Below are positions 17,508 through 27,006 of a stretch of 64,000 nt of DNA, piece after piece. The DNA is from Parcubacteria bacterium C7867-004 (GTDB taxonomy: Bacteria > Patescibacteriota > Minisyncoccia > Phycocordibacterales > Phycocordibacteraceae). Each line of letters starts with the position of its first letter. The stretch's first letter is position 1. The translations under genes were made by a program, and so were the position numbers. The DNA is taken from contig LFCN01000006.1 in NCBI GenBank assembly GCA_001189075.1, positions 588,866 to 652,865 on the forward strand, in the 5' to 3' direction. The notes beneath the pieces are model-generated. The model was not told the DNA's origin and did no database searches. It saw only the letters and a program-made list of their open reading frames with translations.

Positions 17508-18542
17508 TTACCAGCTCAGCTGGCCGCCGGTCTTGTACTCGGTAACGCGGGTCTCAAAGAAGTTCTTCTCCTTGTTGAGGTCCACAGCCTCGCCCATCCA
17601 AGGGAACGGATTCTCCACGTTGTACTGGGTCGGCAGACCTACCGTGACGAGACGGCGGTCGGCGATATGCTCGATGTACTGCTTGAATCCGTCGGCGTTC
17701 ATACCGAATATGCCGCGCGGGAACACTTCCGTCGCGAACGTGTACTCGAGAACAACTGCGCGCTTCACCAGGTCGATGATGCGCTGCTGAAATTCCGGTG
17801 TCCACAATTCCGGCTGCTCCTCCTTGATCGCATTGATCATGTTGATGCCGAAGTTCAGGTGCTGCGACTCGTCACGCATGATGTACTGTATCTGCTCGGC
17901 GGAACCCGTAAGCTTGTTCTGGCGCTGGAAGCCAAACATAACGGCGAACGACGAATAGAAGAAGATGCCTTCGAGGATGAGCGAGAAAACGCAGAGGTTC
18001 TCAAGAAAGAGCTGATCGTTCTCGAAGGTGCCGGTCTTGAAGCCGTCGGCGAAGATTCCCTCGTTCAAGCGAAGAATCATGTTGTCCTTGTTGTAGATGC
18101 TCTCCACCTCGCGATACATGTTGAAGATCTTGCTCTCGTCCATCTGGAGGCTCTCGACGATGTACTGGTACGCGTGCGTATGGATAGCCTCCTCGTATCC
18201 CTGACGAAGGAGGTACATGCGGCACTCAGGGCTCGTGATGTGCTTGTAGAGCGCGAGCACGACGTTGTTTGCCGCGATGGAGTCCGCGGTTGTGAAGAAA
18301 CCGAGCACGGTCTCAAAGGCCTTACGCTCATCAGCGGTCAAGGCCGTCGGACTCTTCCACTGCTCGATGTCGCGCTGCATCGATATCTCGGTCGGGAGCC
18401 AGTGGTTCGCGTTCCCCGTCATGTATGCCTCCCATGCGAAGGTGTGCCGCATCGGATAGAGCTGCATCACGTCGGCATCGCCGCCGTTGATGATCTTCCG
18501 GTTGTTAATGTTCACGGGCGCGGCTCCTTTGTTGATGGGCAT
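17508..18542 (-). CDS. nrdB: ribonucleotide reductase class Ia beta subunit
   Basis: WLPTEI, ADSI, EEAIHTHAY (radical Tyr kept), LEGIFFYSSF, RDESQH. Confidence 0.96.
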   Translation of the reverse strand: MPINKGAAPVNINNRKIINGGDADVMQLYPMRHTFAWEAYMTGNANHWLPTEISMQRDIEQWKSPTALTADERKAFETVLGFFTTADSIAANNVVLALYKHITSPECRMYLLRQGYEEAIHTHAYQYIVESLQMDESKIFNMYREVESIYNKDNMILRLNEGIFADGFKTGTFENDQLFLENLCVFSLILEGIFFYSSFAVMFGFQRQNKLTGSAEQIQYIMRDESQHLNFGINMINAIKEEQPELWTPEFQQRIIDLVKRAVVLEYTFATEVFPRGIFGMNADGFKQYIEHIADRRLVTVGLPTQYNVENPFPWMGEAVDLNKEKNFFETRVTEYKTGGQLSW

Positions 18543-18668
18543 ACGAGGGATTGTTTATCAATAATTCGAGATCGTATATCTCGCGGTTAGACGTTCATTG
18601 TCGCGCGCAAATGCTTCCCAGGCAACCTGGGGAGAAGTGACTTTCTATGCAGAAAATCGTTAGAAACA

Positions 18669-19013
18669 CTAGGTTTCTGACCAGATAGCGAGCTCGTTGC
18701 CAGCTGGATCGAGGAAATGGAAGCGCCTGCCTCCCGGAAAGGCATAGATAGGTTTTGCAATCGTTCCTCCGGCATTCTGAACGTCTGAAACTGACCCTTC
18801 AAGCTGGCTCGAGTAGAGGATAACGAGCGGACCGGATTCCTTAGCAACCTCCCCTTTCGTAAAGCCACCTTCGAGCGAGCCGTCGGTGAATGCGGTGTAA
18901 TCCGGACCGTAGTCGGTAAAGGTCCAGCCGAACGCACCAGCATAGAACTTCTTTATCGCCTCGAGATCATCGGCCGGAAGCTCGATGTAATTAATTCGGT
19001 GATGCGCATTCAT
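18669..19013 (-). CDS. VOC/glyoxalase family protein
   Basis: INYIELP, FYAGAFGW, FPGGRRFHFLDPAGNELAIW. Confidence 0.93.
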   Translation of the reverse strand: MNAHHRINYIELPADDLEAIKKFYAGAFGWTFTDYGPDYTAFTDGSLEGGFTKGEVAKESGPLVILYSSQLEGSVSDVQNAGGTIAKPIYAFPGGRRFHFLDPAGNELAIWSET

Positions 19014-19025
19014 GCGTAATTATCT

Positions 19026-19616
19026 CTAATACTCGACAGTAATCGGGATTGAGAGCGACGCGTCGTTCTCGGGAAGCCCGGACGGATTGTCTTTGTGCAG
19101 AACGAGAGTTGCAGGACCGATGTACGACTGCGGAGCAGTGATCTGAACGGAGAACGGCACGAAATTCTCGGTCATCCAATCTCCCTGCGCCTGTACGGGC
19201 ATCGATGCAAGCACTTTCCCGTCCTTATCGAGGAGCTCTATCGGAAACGACGCTTCAAAGTACCAGTAACCGCGCGCCTTCCCTTTCACCGTGAACGACT
19301 TCCCGGTAACTGCTCCCGGTGTAGGGGTCTCAACCACGATCTTGTCAGCCGACGCATTCATGTAGGTCGCCTTCTCAGGGATCTCTTCCGCGTACGTACG
19401 ACCGTCGGGAACCTTACACTGCCGTGGATAGCTTTCCATGATCGGATACCCTGCAGCTTCACAGTCCGAAAAGCTCATGATGGAAGACGAATCGGTCGGT
19501 TGCTCGCGATTAGCGGGATCTCCCTGCTTCTCGTTACAGATGTAGGCGTTCAGACCGAAGAACGCGACGACGAGTACGGTTATGACTATTCCGAGGGTGA
19601 TGGCAATATTTTTCAT
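19026..19616 (-). CDS. membrane-anchored Gmad2 Ig-like domain protein
   Basis: CEAAGYPIMESYPRQC, GKARGYWYFEASFP, KDNPSGLPEND. Confidence 0.88.
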   Translation of the reverse strand: MKNIAITLGIVITVLVVAFFGLNAYICNEKQGDPANREQPTDSSSIMSFSDCEAAGYPIMESYPRQCKVPDGRTYAEEIPEKATYMNASADKIVVETPTPGAVTGKSFTVKGKARGYWYFEASFPIELLDKDGKVLASMPVQAQGDWMTENFVPFSVQITAPQSYIGPATLVLHKDNPSGLPENDASLSIPITVEY

Positions 19617-19697
19617 AGGTATATGGTACTACATTCGATTTCGACGAAGAAAGCCGCCCTTCTGGAGCGGCTTTCTTCTGCTACTTAGGTCTGAATC

Positions 19698-22598
19698 TTA
19701 TGATTCGCAACTCTCACAAATACCCGCCTCCTCTCCAGCTGCGACGCGCGCCATCTTCGCCTTCCATTCGTCAGGCGTGAAGCCGGATGGGACGCTCGGT
19801 GCTGCTACCGGTGCGATGGGTGTCATCTCGACTTCCGCTTCGATAGCGGCGATAACCGCTTCGGTAGCTACCGCGGCCGTCATCGGGCCGCTCGCGGTGC
19901 GCGTGTGGGTCGCGCCGTACTCGCTCGTCGAGACGGTCGCCTTCTCTACCTGACTCGCCCCGAGCGTGCGGAGGTAGTAGGTGGTCTTGAGGCCCATCTT
20001 CCACGCGAGGAAGTAGATATCCGAGAGATCGCGTCCGCTCGTTCCGTTGTAGAAGATGTTGAGCGACTGGGACTGGTCAATCCACTTGCCGCGCCGCGCA
20101 GCTGCTTCAACCAGCCACTTCCCGTCTATCTCGAACACTTCCTTGTACTTCTCCTTCAGGTTGAGCGGGATCTCCGCGATGTCCTGCACGCTACCGTCCG
20201 CGTACTTGATGCGGTTCAGCATCGCCGGACTCCAGAGTCCGAGCTGCTTCAAGTCCTCGACGAGATACTTGTTCACCACGACGAACTCGCCCTCCTTGTT
20301 GCTCTTCACGTAGATGTTCTTGTATATCGGCTCGACGCATGGGATGCAGCCGACGAGGTTCGCGGTTGAGGCGGTCGGCGCGATAGCCATGAGGTTCGAG
20401 TTACGCATGCCGTACTTACGGACCTGTTCGCGGACTGGGGTCCAGTCGAGCTTGCCGCCGCGCTTCACCATGACTTCTTCGCCGCGCTCAGCTTCCAGAA
20501 GATCGATAGTGTCCTGCGGGAAGATGCCGCGATCCCACTTCGATCCCTTGTATGAGGAGTACGTGCCACGTTCAGAAGCAAGTTCGGAAGAGCCGAGAAT
20601 GGCGTAGTACGCGACAACCTCCATGCTCTCGTCCGCGAAGGCGAGAGCCTCCGGAGAATCAAACTGGATGTTGAGCATGTAGAGCGCGTCGTGATATCCG
20701 CGAACGCCGAGACCGACCGGACGATGACGGGTGTTGCCGTTCTCCGCGTCCTTGGTCGGGTAGTAGTTGAGATCGATGACGTTGTCGAGCATCCGAATGG
20801 CGGTCTTCGTCACGCTAGCGACGAGCTCGTGATCGAAGCGAGGATTCCCACTCTCATCCTTGGTCACAAACTTCGCGAAGTTGAGCGAGCCAAGCGTACA
20901 GACCGCGGTCTCGTCATCGCTCGTGTTGAGCGTGATCTCAGTGCAAAGGTTCGAGTTATGCACGACGCCGGCGTGATCCTGCGGAGAGCGGACGTTTGAA
21001 GGATCCTTCCACGTGATCCACGGGTGTCCAGTCTCGAACAGCATGCCGATCATCTTCTTCCAGAGGTCAGCGGCTGGAATGCGCTTATAGAGTTCTATCT
21101 CGCCGCGATCTGCCTTCGCCTCGTACTCGATGTATGCGGCTTCGAACTTGGCGCCGTAGATCTCGTGGAGATCAGGGACATCGTTCGGCGAGAAGAGCGT
21201 CCAGTCTCCCCCGTCGCGCACGCGCTTCATGAACAGGTCGGGGATCCAGTTGGCGGTATTGATGTCGTGCGTACGGCGACGCTCATCACCCGTGTTCTTA
21301 CGGAGCTCGAGGAAGTCCTCGACATCAAGGTGCCAGGTCTCGAGGTAGACGCAGCCTGCGCCACGGCGCTTTCCGGAGCGGTTGATCGCGAGGTTCACGT
21401 CGTTCGCTACCTTGAGGAACGGAACGATACCCTGGCTGCCTACGCCCGTGCCCTTGATGAAGGAGCCGGTAGCGCGGACCTTGGTCCAGTCGGTTCCGGT
21501 CCCGCCCGACCACTTGAGATACTGCGCGTTATCCGCGAGCGACTTGAAGATGCCATCGAGGGAATCCGGCACGCTGTTGAGGAAGCAGTTACTCATCTGG
21601 GCTTTCTTGAAGCCAGACTGGAAGAGCGTACGGCCGCCCGGGGTGTAGAGGAAGTTCGAGAGCACGTCATAGAACTCGAGCGCGACGCGCTCGCGGTCTT
21701 CCGGCTTCTCAGCGATCGCAAGACCCATCGCGATGCGCATCCAGAGCATCTGCGGGGTCTCAAGCTGCTTGTGCGCCTTGGGGTCCTCCATGCAGTAGCG
21801 GCTACTCATGATCTCGAGGCCCATGTACTCGAAGAGGAAATCGTTCTCGACCTTCATGGCGCGCGCCATCTTGGCAAGATCGTATTCGCCCATGCGGGGA
21901 TCGAGATCGCCATCAGCGACCAGCTTCGACATGTTGCGCACGAAGACGCGCTCGTGTGCCGCGAGCGGATCCTTGCTGTCGAACTCAGGACCGAACACTT
22001 CCGCGTACATGCGCTGAAGGAGGAGCTTCACCGCGAGCTTCGAGTATGCCGGGTCGAGCTCGATCATCGAGCGCACGACCATGATGAGCGCCTTGCCCAC
22101 TTCCGCGGTCGTCATACCCTCGTACAATTCGTACTTGAGCTGCGTGAGGATGTGCTCGATATCGAATGCGACTCCTTCCACATCCTTCGAGAAGTGCTCG
22201 AGCGTCTGACGGAGCTTCGTCTCGTTGAACCGCTCCTGCTTGCCGGACGCGGTCGTGATCATGAGCGCGTTGTCCTCGATCTTCTCGAGGGTCTCCTGCT
22301 TCCGCTCCTCGCGGATCTTGGTGTGCTGGTAGCGGTAGACGATGTAGTGCTTCGCGACCGGATGGTAGCCGGCTTCCATGAGCGCGAGCTCGACCAGGTC
22401 CTGGACGTTCTCGACCGATGGCGTCTGCTCGCCCCCGAACTTCATCTCGAGATCGGTGAGCACCCCGTTGGTAAGGCTCTCGAGGATTGTTTCCTCGACG
22501 GTGACGTCGCAGTAGGCGAACGCCTTCCTCATCGCTTCAGTAATCTTCGCCTCCTCGAAGTCGACGATGCTCCCGTTCCTCTTTTTGACCTGCTTCAT
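19698..22598 (-). CDS. nrdA: ribonucleotide reductase class Ia alpha subunit with two ATP-cone-like domains
   Basis: VKKRNG ATP cone, SNCFL, SNLCTEI, APTAS, KTTYYLR, terminal CESCES; start placed at MKQVKK. Confidence 0.96.
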   Translation of the reverse strand: MKQVKKRNGSIVDFEEAKITEAMRKAFAYCDVTVEETILESLTNGVLTDLEMKFGGEQTPSVENVQDLVELALMEAGYHPVAKHYIVYRYQHTKIREERKQETLEKIEDNALMITTASGKQERFNETKLRQTLEHFSKDVEGVAFDIEHILTQLKYELYEGMTTAEVGKALIMVVRSMIELDPAYSKLAVKLLLQRMYAEVFGPEFDSKDPLAAHERVFVRNMSKLVADGDLDPRMGEYDLAKMARAMKVENDFLFEYMGLEIMSSRYCMEDPKAHKQLETPQMLWMRIAMGLAIAEKPEDRERVALEFYDVLSNFLYTPGGRTLFQSGFKKAQMSNCFLNSVPDSLDGIFKSLADNAQYLKWSGGTGTDWTKVRATGSFIKGTGVGSQGIVPFLKVANDVNLAINRSGKRRGAGCVYLETWHLDVEDFLELRKNTGDERRRTHDINTANWIPDLFMKRVRDGGDWTLFSPNDVPDLHEIYGAKFEAAYIEYEAKADRGEIELYKRIPAADLWKKMIGMLFETGHPWITWKDPSNVRSPQDHAGVVHNSNLCTEITLNTSDDETAVCTLGSLNFAKFVTKDESGNPRFDHELVASVTKTAIRMLDNVIDLNYYPTKDAENGNTRHRPVGLGVRGYHDALYMLNIQFDSPEALAFADESMEVVAYYAILGSSELASERGTYSSYKGSKWDRGIFPQDTIDLLEAERGEEVMVKRGGKLDWTPVREQVRKYGMRNSNLMAIAPTASTANLVGCIPCVEPIYKNIYVKSNKEGEFVVVNKYLVEDLKQLGLWSPAMLNRIKYADGSVQDIAEIPLNLKEKYKEVFEIDGKWLVEAAARRGKWIDQSQSLNIFYNGTSGRDLSDIYFLAWKMGLKTTYYLRTLGASQVEKATVSTSEYGATHTRTASGPMTAAVATEAVIAAIEAEVEMTPIAPVAAPSVPSGFTPDEWKAKMARVAAGEEAGICESCES

Positions 22599-22634
22599 AA
22601 GGTAATCCCGTAGGTTACGCGGCACAGTGATAAA

Positions 22635-22725
22635 GTCAGCCTTGGCTCTCGCGCCAGCAGGGAGATTCTCTCCACTTCGGGACGCGCCGTGGCGCATATG
22701 TCCCGACTGCATTCGGCTTCGTGAC
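22635..22725 (-). promoter_or_regulatory. structured nrdA leader, candidate cis-regulatory RNA
   Basis: Multibranch fold CAGTC/GGCTG enclosing GGGAC..GTCCC, GGAGA-gaa-TCTCC and TGGC-gcgaga-GCCA. Confidence 0.45.
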
Positions 22726-22904
22726 CCCCTTATCGTACCCCCTCTTCATCCAATTCTTATGTGCATAAAGCACTAGGAAACGTTCCAGACGACCCGCAAG
22801 ACACTCGTTCGTATAGTGAAGCAAATACTGCCTGAAAATTGCCTATAGTACGACGGAAAAGCGCCTCCTAAAATGAGGTTTGACGCTATACTCAAGCGAC
22901 ACTC

Positions 22905-23597
22905 ATGGCTACGCGAATATCTTCCCGAGTTGCTATAACTATCACGCTTTCCCTAGTGATCGTGGGGGCGCTGTATGTCATCGAGCAGTTCATCGGGGCA
23001 AGTTACGTCGTAAAGACAGCGCTTAAGGTGCTGCTATTTCTCATTCTTCCGCTCGGATTGGCGTTTGCGTATGAACAGAAACGGATCTCAAAGATCCTTG
23101 GACTAGAGAACTTCACTGTCCAGAGCCTCCTGCCTGGATTGCTTCTGGGCGTCGGTTCCTTCCTCATTATCCTTGGAGCATATGCGATCCTCGGCAGCTT
23201 CATAGACATGGAGGCCATTGCAGATAACCTCGAGAGCAAGCTGGGTATCAACTCCGGTAATTTCCTGTTCGTCGGACTTTACGTCATCTTCGTGAACTCG
23301 CTGCTCGAGGAATTCTTCTTCAGGGGCTTCCTGTTCTTGAACCTGAAGGGTCATGCTTCGCGAGTCTTTGCATACGTATTCTCCGCAGGACTATTCGCCG
23401 TATATCACCTCGCGATAATCAAGGGATGGTTCAACCCTGTACTGATGGCGCTTGCGCTTATATCGCTATTCGTAATTGGCTTAGTATTTAATTACCTTAA
23501 CAGCCGCTCAGGCCACTTCCTTAATTCATGGCTCGCCCACGGGATTGCAGACAGCGCAATCATCCTCATAGGTATGCATATGTTCGGCATCCTTTAA
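22905..23597 (+). CDS. CPBP/Abi (CAAX protease-like) intramembrane protease
   Basis: EEFFFRG, FAVYH, WLAHGIAD; multi-TM. Confidence 0.92.
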   Translation: MATRISSRVAITITLSLVIVGALYVIEQFIGASYVVKTALKVLLFLILPLGLAFAYEQKRISKILGLENFTVQSLLPGLLLGVGSFLIILGAYAILGSFIDMEAIADNLESKLGINSGNFLFVGLYVIFVNSLLEEFFFRGFLFLNLKGHASRVFAYVFSAGLFAVYHLAIIKGWFNPVLMALALISLFVIGLVFNYLNSRSGHFLNSWLAHGIADSAIILIGMHMFGIL

Positions 23598-23612
23598 AAT
23601 AAAAGTTAGGTG

Positions 23613-23644
23613 CTTCATGAAGGCTTCATGCGATAACCTATAGT
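23613..23644 (+). promoter_or_regulatory. putative autoregulatory OmpR-type box plus -10
   Basis: CTTCATG-aagg-CTTCATG perfect direct repeat, then 8 nt, then TATAGT. Confidence 0.65.
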
Positions 23645-23683
23645 CTACGCATATAACGATATTTAGCCCTAAGGACCCTACCT

Positions 23684-24358
23684 ATGCGTATCCTCATCGT
23701 AGAAGACGAAGCGAAGCTCGCCGAAGCCTTGAAGCGCGGCCTTGAGAGCAAAGGCTTTGCGGTCGACTGGATCGACGACAGCGAGAAGGCGCGCACGCGC
23801 ATTATGCTCTATCGCGATGAGTACGACCTCATCCTGCTCGACCTCATGCTCCCCGGCATTGACGGCGCGACCATCACGCGCGACGCGCGCGCCGAGGGCG
23901 TGACGACCCCGATCATTGTGCTCACCGCCCGCGACGAGACCGAATACAAGGTCGAGCTGCTCAATATCGGTGCGGACGACTATCTCGCGAAACCTTTCTC
24001 CTTCGAGGAGCTCGTCGCCCGCATCAACGCAGTGCTCCGCCGTCCCGAACAGACCATCCAGACCACGCTCTCGGTCCGCGACATCGAGCTCGATCCTTCG
24101 AGCCGCACCGTGACCAAGGGCGGCAAGCCGCTGGCGCTCACGCTCAAGGAGTATTCCCTCCTCGAGTACTTCATGCGGCATCCGGATGAAGCGATGACGC
24201 GCGAGAGCATCCTCGATCATGTCTGGAGCTTCGACTTCCCTGGCTTTTCGAACGTTCTTGACGTACACATGAAGAATCTTCGTAAGAAGCTCGACACCTA
24301 TGCAGATGCACCCCTCTTTGAAACCGTCCGTGGCGTGGGTTACCGACTTAACCGATAA
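23684..24358 (+). CDS. OmpR/PhoB-family response regulator
   Basis: ILIVEDE, LLDLMLP, GADDYLAKPF, ETVRGVGY. Confidence 0.96.
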   Translation: MRILIVEDEAKLAEALKRGLESKGFAVDWIDDSEKARTRIMLYRDEYDLILLDLMLPGIDGATITRDARAEGVTTPIIVLTARDETEYKVELLNIGADDYLAKPFSFEELVARINAVLRRPEQTIQTTLSVRDIELDPSSRTVTKGGKPLALTLKEYSLLEYFMRHPDEAMTRESILDHVWSFDFPGFSNVLDVHMKNLRKKLDTYADAPLFETVRGVGYRLNR

Positions 24359-25436
24359 GTACCGCTTCAACCCGTTCATCCGGGCAGCGGTGCATGTCAT
24401 CCTGTTGCAGCTCGCGCTCGGGTTGGTCTCCGTCGTACTCTTCCTCGTTGGTATCCAATACGCACAAGACCAGACTATCGAGTCGATAAGCGTCGGAATA
24501 CAAGAGGCGATGGTCACGGGCGCAACGACGACGCCCACCAACTTTGAGACCATTATAGACGGCATCCGCGCACAGACGGTGACGCTTGCGTTTGTCGGCA
24601 TCGTGCTCCTGAACCTCCTCTTCGGCTTCCTTATCGCCCGTTTTGCGCTCTGGCCGACACGCAATTCCCTCCAGTTCCAGAAGCGCTTCATCGGGAACAT
24701 TGCTCATGAGATACGGACACCGCTCGCCATCATAAAGACAAATACGGAGGTGGCGCTCTTCGATCCGAAGATACCGAAAGATGTGCGCGACACTTTCGAA
24801 GGCACGGTTACCGAACTCGACCGCATCTCGGAGACCATCAACAACCTCCTCTCCTTCGATACCCTTACCCGCCCGCGACGCATGCCGTTCGAACCGACCG
24901 ACCTCGGCGCTATCGTCGAACTCGTTGCGGAGCGGCATCAGGCACTCGCGGATTCCCGGGCAGTGCGACTTGAGACCCGCGTCGGGAAGAGCCGGATGGT
25001 CGAAGGCAACCAGACTGCGCTCGATCAGGTGGTTACCAACCTGGTTAAGAACGCCATTAACTACACGCCGGCGGATAAGGACGGAGTCGTCACTGTCACC
25101 GTCGGTCATGACGGACCGGGGAAGATCCTCCTCTCGGTCGCTGACACCGGCATAGGCATTGGCCAGAAGGATCTCTTCCATATCTTCGAACCCTTCTATC
25201 GCGGAGACACGTCGAGAGCACGCGGTATCGGCACGGGAACCTCGGGACTCGGACTCGCTATCGTGAACGAGATCGTGCGCCTGCATAAAGGCTCCATAAA
25301 CATACGCAGCACGCCGGGCATCGGTACCGAGATACGCATAACGCTTCCCGGCGCCAAAGGGGCGGGACTCAATGATCCGCTCGATAAGAACGAGTCGGAT
25401 ACGACGAACGAAGTATCGCTCGACTTCTCTTCCTAG
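24300..25436 (+). CDS. sensor histidine kinase (start uncertain, overlaps the regulator)
   Basis: Two TMs, IAHEIRTPL, NLVKNAINY, DTGIG, GLGLAIV. Confidence 0.93.
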   Translation: MQMHPSLKPSVAWVTDLTDKYRFNPFIRAAVHVILLQLALGLVSVVLFLVGIQYAQDQTIESISVGIQEAMVTGATTTPTNFETIIDGIRAQTVTLAFVGIVLLNLLFGFLIARFALWPTRNSLQFQKRFIGNIAHEIRTPLAIIKTNTEVALFDPKIPKDVRDTFEGTVTELDRISETINNLLSFDTLTRPRRMPFEPTDLGAIVELVAERHQALADSRAVRLETRVGKSRMVEGNQTALDQVVTNLVKNAINYTPADKDGVVTVTVGHDGPGKILLSVADTGIGIGQKDLFHIFEPFYRGDTSRARGIGTGTSGLGLAIVNEIVRLHKGSINIRSTPGIGTEIRITLPGAKGAGLNDPLDKNESDTTNEVSLDFSS

Positions 25437-25477
25437 CGTTCATCTTCGGTTCACAGTAGTTCGCGTATCCTGATCGT

Positions 25478-25685
25478 TCGGGGAACGGAAGCAGGATGCA
25501 CGTGTGCGGCCTCTTCCGAAGCCTCGTGTTCCTTCATTTTCGGCCGGGTGTCCCGGGAAGGATGCACGGCATACGGTGAAGACCGTTACAAGCGCGCCTA
25601 ACAGAGACGCAACGGTATGATACAGAAACTGCGAGACTAGCAGCCGGGGCGCTGAAGGTAAAACCTTCAGCGCCCCGGCGCATTT
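25478..25685 (+). ncRNA. candidate structured RNA or interspersed repeat
   Basis: Direct-repeat box and TATCCT upstream; several hairpins; perfect 17-bp inverted repeat at 25643-25679. Confidence 0.35.
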
Positions 25686-25699
25686 CTCAGTATCTATTC

Positions 25700-25780
25700 T
25701 TGACTGCATCCCTGACAGGGGTATACTTTCAGTACAAGTGCCTCCGGGCTCGCCTCCTAATGGGGGAGAAAAAGAAAAAC
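25700..25780 (+). ncRNA. promoter and candidate small RNA convergent on PemK gene 1
   Basis: TTGACT-16-TATACT-ttc-AGTACA, GCC-TCCG-GGC, then a GC hairpin; homologous motif at 45066-45170. Confidence 0.6.
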
Positions 25781-25782
25781 CG

Positions 25783-26169
25783 TCAAAGCAAGTCTTTGGC
25801 GGTTTTTCTAACTCTTATAAAGCATTCTTGGTCCAAGAATCCGATTTTGTTTACGAGCCTTTTAGTATCAATTATTCGAATTTGAGACATAAGCGCCACA
25901 GCCTTCTTGCCCTCAACGTGACCTATCGGCAAACGATACCTATGCCGCTTGATAGACGTGGTTAGCGGTATGACGTAGCAAGTCTCGCGACTAATTCCTT
26001 TCAAAATAAGGACCGGACGCTGTTTTCCCTCACCCGTTCCATCCTGTTCAAAACCTATGTTAGTTCCAAGCGAACACCACCACAGTTCTCGCTCATGATA
26101 GAGCTTATTGCGCTCTTCCGAGTGAATTCTTTCTTTCAGGGAGTACCAGGTGGAAAAATCCTTCTCCAT
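25783..26169 (-). CDS. PemK/MazF-family endoribonuclease toxin with no adjacent antitoxin ORF
   Basis: ERELWWCSLGTNIGFEQDG, RPVLIL, IPLTT, SQIRIIDTKRL. Confidence 0.92.
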   Translation of the reverse strand: MEKDFSTWYSLKERIHSEERNKLYHERELWWCSLGTNIGFEQDGTGEGKQRPVLILKGISRETCYVIPLTTSIKRHRYRLPIGHVEGKKAVALMSQIRIIDTKRLVNKIGFLDQECFIRVRKTAKDLL

Positions 26170-26231
26170 TTGCCGAGGATACGGTCCTGGTCCTCAAGGG
26201 AAGATGAAATTTAGATAATTAAATTCTAAAG

Positions 26232-27005
26232 CTACTGCTTCAGTCCCGCTCCGCGCTTAAAGAGGATGATGGTCACTATGAACGCAAGCAGCGTGAGTCC
26301 GCCCATAACTTCGAAGGCAAGCGAAAGTGGCACGTCCGAGATGCCGAGAAATCCGTAGCGGAACGCGTTAACCATGTAGAGGATCGGGTTGAACAGGGAG
26401 ACCGTCTGGAACAGAGGCGGGAGCTGGTCGATCGAATAGAAGACACCTCCCAGGTACGTGAGCGGAGTGAGCACGAACGTCGGTACGATGTTTATCGCAT
26501 CAAAGGACTTCGCGAAGATCGCGTTAATAAGACCCAGCAGCGAGAACAAAAGGGCCGTAAGGAACGCTGCGGCGAATATGACACCAACGGAGAAGAGCGT
26601 GAGATGCGTGAAGAAGAGCGAGACGCCGATCACGATAAGACCGACGAGGAACGCGCGGATGAGGCCGCCCGAGACGAAGCCTGCGATAACCACCCAGCTC
26701 GGCATCGGAGACACGAGGATTTCATCGATGGTGCGAATCCACTTCGCGAAATAGAAGGTGGAGACGGTGTTCATGTACGAGCTCGTGATCACTGACATCA
26801 TGATGAGTCCAGGCACGATGAACTGGATATAGGGGAATCCGTGGATAGCGTCGACCTGGCTGCCAATGAACGTGCCGAAGATTGCGAAGTAGAGCGCCAT
26901 CGTTATAGCTGGCGGAAGCAGGGTCTGACTCCATATGCGCACGATGCGCCGGAAGTCCTTGCGGACCATGGTGTAGAACCCGATGAGTATTGGTGAGCGG
27001 GTCAT
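26232..27005 (-). CDS. ABC-2 transporter permease (YadH-like)
   Basis: RIWSQTLLPP, FIVPGLIMMSVI, LTPLTYLGGVFYS. Confidence 0.93.
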   Translation of the reverse strand: MTRSPILIGFYTMVRKDFRRIVRIWSQTLLPPAITMALYFAIFGTFIGSQVDAIHGFPYIQFIVPGLIMMSVITSSYMNTVSTFYFAKWIRTIDEILVSPMPSWVVIAGFVSGGLIRAFLVGLIVIGVSLFFTHLTLFSVGVIFAAAFLTALLFSLLGLINAIFAKSFDAINIVPTFVLTPLTYLGGVFYSIDQLPPLFQTVSLFNPILYMVNAFRYGFLGISDVPLSLAFEVMGGLTLLAFIVTIILFKRGAGLKQ

Positions 27006-27006
27006 A

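Noticed and set aside
17482-17790. Remainder of the 153-aa ORF at 17329
   Set aside because: Antisense to nrdB; only the first 51 or so codons look like PilB/GspE
17508-18542. Class Ic (Mn/Fe) reductase beta subunit
   Set aside because: It keeps the Asp ligand and the radical Tyr, consistent with class Ia
22599-22712. Long N-terminal extensions in the ORF track (nrdA; likewise rpoB, trmD, RRM, EVE, DsbA)
   Set aside because: Family similarity and -10 positions support the downstream ATGs
25466-25500. GGAAGCAG as SRP RNA helix 8
   Set aside because: The partner CAGG and GNRA tetraloop are missing in the required order
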